From Limnothrix sp. BL-A-16 (GTDB taxonomy: Bacteria; Cyanobacteriota; Cyanobacteriia; CACIAM-69d): a stretch of DNA of 64,000 nucleotides. Positions 58,850 to 64,000 of the stretch are shown piece after piece. The position numbers were made by a program, and so were the translations under genes. The notes under the pieces are model-generated. The model was not told where the DNA came from, did not search any database, and was given only the letters and a program-made list of their open reading frames with translations. Location of the stretch: assembly GCA_041937175.2 (NCBI GenBank), contig CP166615.1, positions 544,001 to 608,000 of the forward strand, written 5' to 3'. The stretch's first letter is position 1. Every line of letters begins with the position of its first letter.

Positions 58850-60589
58850 GTGGCTATGAAACCGACATCCGTGCAGCAACTGTTGCCTCGTTATCTCAAA
58901 TCTGGGCTGAGATATCTCGTTAAATATCTAATTTTTGTGGGTCTGTTCCTGATGGCGGCGGGCCTGTCAGCGGGCTTTGTGGGTGGCTGGGGCCCCTTGG
59001 CTGGGGGGCTGATGGTCGCTGGCATTGTGGCGATCGGGATTTGGCTGGTCACCCAAGGGAATTTGCGCCGCACTTGGAGCCAGCGATCGACCCAATCCAA
59101 TACCAATGCACTGTTGGCAACCTTGGCGGCTTTGCTAATTTTTGGGGCGATCAATTTCTTGGGATCTCGCTACAGCACCAAGTTTGATTTAACCGAAACC
59201 CAACTGTTTACGCTGGCCCCTGAAACCCAGGAAACGGTGCGCAATTTGGGTCAAAAAATCAAAATCTTGGTTTTTGATCGATCGCTCTCTGATACCGATC
59301 GAGAACTGCTAAATAATTACGCCAAATTAAATCCCAACTTCACCTATGAATTAGTGGATCCACAGGTGGATTTTGGCCGGGCCCAAAGTTTCAAGGTCAA
59401 ATCCTTTGGGGAAGTGTATTTGGAATCGGGCGACCAAAAACGTTTGGTGACCACCTTGGGGCCCGAAAGTCGCCTGAAGGAAACGGAGTTAACCAACGCG
59501 ATCGCCCAGCTTTCCAGCACCACCCAAGCAACGGTTTATTTCCTGCAAGGTCACGGGGAACGCCCAATTGAAGGGGAACAGGGCGGTTTGACGGAAGCGG
59601 TGACGGGCCTCAAGGCCAAGAACTTCATCGCCAAACCCTTAAACCTGATTCGCGAGGGCAAAATACCCGAGGATGGCATTGCTTTAGCCATCATCGGCCC
59701 CCAACGTCCCTTGCTCGATCGGGAACTGACGCTTTTGGAAACCTATTTGCAGCGGGGTGGGCGGCTGTTGGCGCTGCTGGATCCCGCGTCCGATGGCGGT
59801 CTTAGCCAACTGTTAACCCGTTGGGGGGTGAAGTTGGATAACCGCCTGGTGGTGGATGCGTCGGGAACGGGTCAGTTGGCCGGTTTAGGCCCCGATGCCC
59901 CGATCGTCACCCAATATGGCGACCATCCCATCACCCAGGATTTCAAAGGCGGGGTTTCGATTTACCCGGTGGCGCGATCGCTCGAAATCGTCAACACCAG
60001 CGGCATCACGGCCACGCCTCTGATCAAAACTGACGAAAAGAGCTGGGCTGAAAGTCAACCCACCGCCCAACAACTCACCTTCACGCCCCCGCAAGATCGC
60101 CAAGGGCCGTTGGTTTTGGGGGTGGCCTTGGAACGGGCGATCGCTCCTGAACCGGCCGTGAGTCCCTCTCCGTCTCCCAGCCCTAGCCCAACGACCAGCC
60201 CGATCGCTAGCCCCAGTCCGACCGTCTCTCCAACCGCATCCCCGACTGGATCCCCAACTGCTAGCCCCAGTCCGGCCCCGAGTCCTTCGCCGAGTCCCTC
60301 CCCCAGCCCGGCCCCTCCGAAAGCCGCTCGGTTGGTGGTGATTGGGAACTCGTCATTTATGGCGGATGGGCTATTTAGCCAGCAGCTCAATGGCGATGTG
60401 TTTCTGAATTCCGTGGGTTGGTTGGGCGATCGCGCCGCCAGCAGCCTTTCCATTCGGCCACGCGAACCCAATAATCGCCGTTTCACGATCACGAATCAGC
60501 AGTCCGCGCTGTTGCTGTTGTTGGCGTTGGGGGTGTTCCCGATCGGGGGGCTGACCTTGGCGGGTGTGATGTGGTGGAAGCGACGCTAG
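58850..60589 (+). CDS. GldG-like ABC transporter auxiliary component with Ser/Pro linker
   Basis: FDLTETQLFTLAPET, YFLQGHGE, RLVVIGNS, C-terminal TM helix plus WWKRR. Confidence 0.82.
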   Translation: MAMKPTSVQQLLPRYLKSGLRYLVKYLIFVGLFLMAAGLSAGFVGGWGPLAGGLMVAGIVAIGIWLVTQGNLRRTWSQRSTQSNTNALLATLAALLIFGAINFLGSRYSTKFDLTETQLFTLAPETQETVRNLGQKIKILVFDRSLSDTDRELLNNYAKLNPNFTYELVDPQVDFGRAQSFKVKSFGEVYLESGDQKRLVTTLGPESRLKETELTNAIAQLSSTTQATVYFLQGHGERPIEGEQGGLTEAVTGLKAKNFIAKPLNLIREGKIPEDGIALAIIGPQRPLLDRELTLLETYLQRGGRLLALLDPASDGGLSQLLTRWGVKLDNRLVVDASGTGQLAGLGPDAPIVTQYGDHPITQDFKGGVSIYPVARSLEIVNTSGITATPLIKTDEKSWAESQPTAQQLTFTPPQDRQGPLVLGVALERAIAPEPAVSPSPSPSPSPTTSPIASPSPTVSPTASPTGSPTASPSPAPSPSPSPSPSPAPPKAARLVVIGNSSFMADGLFSQQLNGDVFLNSVGWLGDRAASSLSIRPREPNNRRFTITNQQSALLLLLALGVFPIGGLTLAGVMWWKRR

Positions 60590-60602
60590 GGAGCGAACAA
60601 CC

Positions 60603-61283
60603 ATGAAGCTCAAATCTTCGACCCTTTGGATTTTGGCGATCGCCCTGGGGGTGGCCGGTGGCGTGGCTTTGTTTGAGACGCAATCCACCCAAAAACAAGC
60701 CCAACAACAGCAACAGGCCAAGCTGTTTAGCGTTGCGGAAGCGGATATTCAACAGTTGACCCTGAAACTGGGCGATCGAACCGTGCAGCTCGATCGCCGA
60801 GCCAACTTCCAACCGGGGCAAACCCTGTGGGAACTGCGGTTGAATGGAGGCACAGCGGAACCGGCCAGCGATGGAGCCGTGGCCTTTCTGACCAGTTTGC
60901 TGGCCTCGTCTCAGCGCGATCGCACCATTGAGCGATCGCCCGCCCAGCTTGCGGAATTGGGACTCGATCGCCCCCGGGCCGAAATCACAATGCGTCTGAA
61001 AACCGGCCAGCAACATCGACTGGCGATCGGGCAAGCGGGCTTTGATGATTCGTTTCTCTACGCGCTGGTCGATCCGCCCAATCCCTTGCCGGATCAGGTG
61101 TCCGTTGCCCTGATTCCCAAGGATTTTCAGCTCGCCACGGTCGATCGACCCTTGGCCGAGTGGAAGCAACCGCCGCCGCTCCCGAGTCCCAGCCCCAGCG
61201 CCAGCCCGAGTGAATCGGTCTCGCCCAGCCCGACGGCTAGCCCGACAGTCAGCCCAAGTCCCAGCCCAACAGCCTCGCCGTAG
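60603..61283 (+). CDS. DUF4340-family protein
   Basis: N-terminal anchor; LAELGLDRP; SPSP tail; usual last gene of the Gld-like ABC operon. Confidence 0.72.
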   Translation: MKLKSSTLWILAIALGVAGGVALFETQSTQKQAQQQQQAKLFSVAEADIQQLTLKLGDRTVQLDRRANFQPGQTLWELRLNGGTAEPASDGAVAFLTSLLASSQRDRTIERSPAQLAELGLDRPRAEITMRLKTGQQHRLAIGQAGFDDSFLYALVDPPNPLPDQVSVALIPKDFQLATVDRPLAEWKQPPPLPSPSPSASPSESVSPSPTASPTVSPSPSPTASP

Positions 61284-61501
61284 GGGCTTACGGCCGCACG
61301 CCCTCCGGTGTCTGCTATGCCCGATCGCCCCGATCGGGTTGGTTTAGTGGGTTGCATTGTGCCCAATCAATGGGGCGAGGCCGGTTCGGCGATCCGCAAG
61401 TGGCTTCAGTACAATTGCAAGAAAATGTGAGGTGCGATCGCCCATGGCCCGCAACCAGCAGGGGTTGATCGCCCCAAGATCGCCCCAATCTAGGCAAGAC
61501 G

Positions 61502-61909
61502 ATGGAACCCACCACATTGGCATTGGCAGGTATCGCGGTTTTGATGGCCAAAAAGTCCGCAGAAACCGTCAGCGAGGTTGTAACGAAGGAGGCACTGGAG
61601 GCGACATTGCCAGCCCTGAAGGCCGTCGCGGGACAGTTGGCGGCTCCGCTGCGCGATCGGGTGGCGGCCTTGGGCGATCGGGTGGTGGCGCGGCTCCCGG
61701 CGGCCAATCTGGAAAATCCGTTCGATGATTTGGCGTTGTTGGAGGCGATCGTGGTGGAAGAGGCGGCCGATCCGGCAATGGCAGCCACGGTTGATGAGGT
61801 GGTGGCGGCGGTGGCTCCGATCATGCCTGCGATCACGATCGAAAACTGGAAAGGCATCAACGTCAAAGGCGGTCAGAATACGATCTCGGGCAACACCTTC
61901 CAATTTTGA
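61502..61909 (+). CDS. Small helical Bell/HeLo-like putative effector with C-terminal amyloid-like motif
   Basis: Hydrophobic N-terminal helix MEPTTLALAGIAVL; ~110-aa helical body; C-terminus ENWKGINVKGGQNTISGNTFQF. Confidence 0.72.
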   Translation: MEPTTLALAGIAVLMAKKSAETVSEVVTKEALEATLPALKAVAGQLAAPLRDRVAALGDRVVARLPAANLENPFDDLALLEAIVVEEAADPAMAATVDEVVAAVAPIMPAITIENWKGINVKGGQNTISGNTFQF

Positions 61910-61928
61910 AGCGGCGAGGGCGATGGAG

Positions 61929-62387
61929 ATGAGTGATCGAGCCATTACCTACGACAGCGACTTCTATGGCTGGGTGCAGCAACAAACGGCGCTGATTCGC
62001 CAAGGCCAGTGGAGCGAGCTGGACGCGCAGAATCTTTTGGAGGAGCTGGAAAGCTTGGGGCGATCGGAAAAGCGGGCGTTGATTAGCCAAGTGGCGCGGC
62101 TCTGTGCCCATCTGCTGAAGTGGCGCTATCAACCGGCCAAGCGCAGTCGATCGTGGGTGTTGAGCATTCGCAGTGCCCGCCAGGAAATTGCGGCGATTTT
62201 GCGCGATAACCCCAGTTTGCGCGCCAAGTTGCCGGAGGTGTTTGCGGATGGCTACGATCGCGGTCGGTTGATGGCCCTCGAAGAAACGGGCCTGGCCGAT
62301 CGCGAGATTCCCGAGGTTGCGCCCTTTGATTGGCAAACGGCGATCGAACAGCCGATCGATCTGAACTCCCCCACCGATGCCCCATGA
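61929..62387 (+). CDS. DUF29-family protein
   Basis: YDSDFYGWVQQQ, NLLEELESLGRSEKR, HLLKWRYQP, NPSLR; alternative start 61923. Confidence 0.9.
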   Translation: MSDRAITYDSDFYGWVQQQTALIRQGQWSELDAQNLLEELESLGRSEKRALISQVARLCAHLLKWRYQPAKRSRSWVLSIRSARQEIAAILRDNPSLRAKLPEVFADGYDRGRLMALEETGLADREIPEVAPFDWQTAIEQPIDLNSPTDAP

Positions 62388-64000
62388 GTGACCCGCAACA
62401 ACCGCAGGAAAATTGGCAAGGGTTGAATATCAAGGGCGGTACGAATGATATTCACGACAATGCGTTTAATCAAAACCATAGCGGCCCAGGCGATAACGTT
62501 GCGGGCGATAAGAATGTCACCGTCCAGCCCACAACCCAGCAAGGCAATGTCTTCGATGGCCAGTCGCAGGGGCATTTCTATGGCCCGGTGAATCAATATT
62601 TTGTGCCGCCGCCGCTGGAGCCGACGATCGATGGGCCGCCCAACAATCTGACGAAGTATGGTTTGTCGCCCGATCGCTTTGTGGGGCGGGCGGCGGACTT
62701 GGCGCGGTTGCATGGGCTGTTGCAGACCCAAACCCAAGTCGCCATTGCCGGGGTGAGTGGTCTGGGTGGCGTGGGCAAGAGCGAGCTGGCGTTGCAATAT
62801 GCGCGGGCGCACCTGGGCGACTATCCCGGCGGGGTGGTGTGGTTGCGGGCGGCGGCGGCCTGTGGGGAGTTGGTGGCCTTTGCCCAGCCCCGTTGGTTTG
62901 CCCAGGTGGATTTTACGCCGTTGGACACCCTGGAAAAGCAGGCGATCTTTTGCCAAGCCCATTGGCCCAACACGGCCCAGAATCCGCCGGGTCGGGTGTT
63001 GTTGATTTTGGATGATGTGACGGATTTTGGGGGGCAGGTGCAGGGGTTTCCAGTGGTGGGCGATCGGTTTCGGGTGCTGATCACCAGTCGGGAAAAATAT
63101 TTGCTCCCCGAGGCGCGGCTGGATTTGGAGGTGTTGGAACCAGCGGCGGCGTTGGCGTTGTTGAGCAATTTGGTGGGGGAAAGTCGGATCGCGGCGGAAT
63201 GGGCGACGGCGGAGAAGCTGTGCGAGTGGTTGGGTTATTTGCCCTTGGGGTTGGAGTTGGTGGGCAGCTATTTGGCGGCGGATCCAGAGTTGTCGTTGGC
63301 CAAAATGCAGCAGCGGTTGGAGCAGAAACGGTTGGCGGCCAAGGCGCTGACCCAAGTGCCCGCCACCACAACAGCCGAACGGGGTGTGGCGGCGGCCTTT
63401 GAGTTGAGTTGGCAAGCCTTGAGCGAGGAAGCACAACGGCTGGCGGTGTTGTTGGGTTGTTTTGGGCCGGCTCCGGTGTTGTGGGCTTGGGTGGAAGGCT
63501 GTTTGCCCAACGATGACGAGGAGGATTTGGAGGCGGCGCGGGCGGAGTTGGTGCGGTTGAGTTTGTTGGAGCGGCTGGGCGATCGGCAATATGGCTTGCA
63601 TCCGCTGATTCGGGAGTTTTTCGCGGCCAAGCTGATGGATCAGGCGGATAGCCTTGACCTCAAAATTGCTGTGGCTGGGGAATTGCTACGGGCAACGAAA
63701 TCGATCAGCCAAACCATGACCCTCGACCAAGTGCAGGATCTAGGAGCGGTGATTCCCCATGCTAGGGCCGTGGCCGAGTGGCCAGATCGAGCAGAAGCGA
63801 TCGCTGACTTACTCGCTCGGCTGAATAATCAACTGTGCTCGTTCTACTATTCCCAAGGGCTATTTAGTTTGGCGGAGGTTTGGGCCAAGCGATCGCTAGA
63901 AATTCATGAGCGATTGCTGGGAGCCGACCATCCCGACACCGCCACCAGCCTCAACAACTTGGCATACCTCTACTCATCCCAGGGACGGTACGAGGCAGCG
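62384..64000 (+). CDS. NLR: N-terminal amyloid-like motifs, NB-ARC and TPR (3' end runs off the window)
   Basis: Absent from the ORF track; hand translation: MSDPQQPQENWQG..., FVGR, Walker A GLGGVGKS, Walker B LLILDDV, VLITSR, LGYLPLGL, LHPLIRE, TPR GADHPDTATSLNNLAYLY. Confidence 0.9.
   Translation, partial: MSDPQQPQENWQGLNIKGGTNDIHDNAFNQNHSGPGDNVAGDKNVTVQPTTQQGNVFDGQSQGHFYGPVNQYFVPPPLEPTIDGPPNNLTKYGLSPDRFVGRAADLARLHGLLQTQTQVAIAGVSGLGGVGKSELALQYARAHLGDYPGGVVWLRAAAACGELVAFAQPRWFAQVDFTPLDTLEKQAIFCQAHWPNTAQNPPGRVLLILDDVTDFGGQVQGFPVVGDRFRVLITSREKYLLPEARLDLEVLEPAAALALLSNLVGESRIAAEWATAEKLCEWLGYLPLGLELVGSYLAADPELSLAKMQQRLEQKRLAAKALTQVPATTTAERGVAAAFELSWQALSEEAQRLAVLLGCFGPAPVLWAWVEGCLPNDDEEDLEAARAELVRLSLLERLGDRQYGLHPLIREFFAAKLMDQADSLDLKIAVAGELLRATKSISQTMTLDQVQDLGAVIPHARAVAEWPDRAEAIADLLARLNNQLCSFYYSQGLFSLAEVWAKRSLEIHERLLGADHPDTATSLNNLAYLYSSQGRYEAA

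Noticed and set aside
62252..63601. 449-aa minus-strand ORF
   Set aside because: Antisense shadow of the plus-strand NB-ARC-TPR gene, which carries the recognisable motifs

Overview
Cyanobacterial chromosomal window: the HIP1 octamer GCGATCGC is very dense, and psbA, psbZ and psb30 are present. The many NLR, TPR and CHAT genes suggest a filamentous species (inference). Core genes are nagA, purE, a TrmJ-like methylase, a group-2-like sigma factor, psb30, psbZ, ribH, clpS, tRNA-Gly(TCC), cobT, ssb, recF, cbiT, a microaerobic-type D1' psbA followed by desC, and a Gld-like ABC operon. Accessory blocks are: a STAND-WD40 receptor; a TPR/CHAT region interrupted by two toxin-antitoxin modules and Uma2; a lower-GC three-gene cyanobacteriochrome to c-di-GMP signalling cluster; several MITE/REP-like elements; and an orphan IS200/IS605 right-end-like sequence. 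The best candidate system is at the right edge. A small helical Bell/HeLo-like protein (61502-61909) ends in a 20-aa N/G-rich motif that recurs (12/20 identical) at the N-terminus of an NB-ARC-TPR NLR (62384 to >64000, missing from the ORF track). That NLR carries two further amyloid-like motifs in tandem, and a DUF29 gene sits between the pair. This looks like an amyloid-signalling NLR module. All calls come from reading the sequence; no database searches were run.
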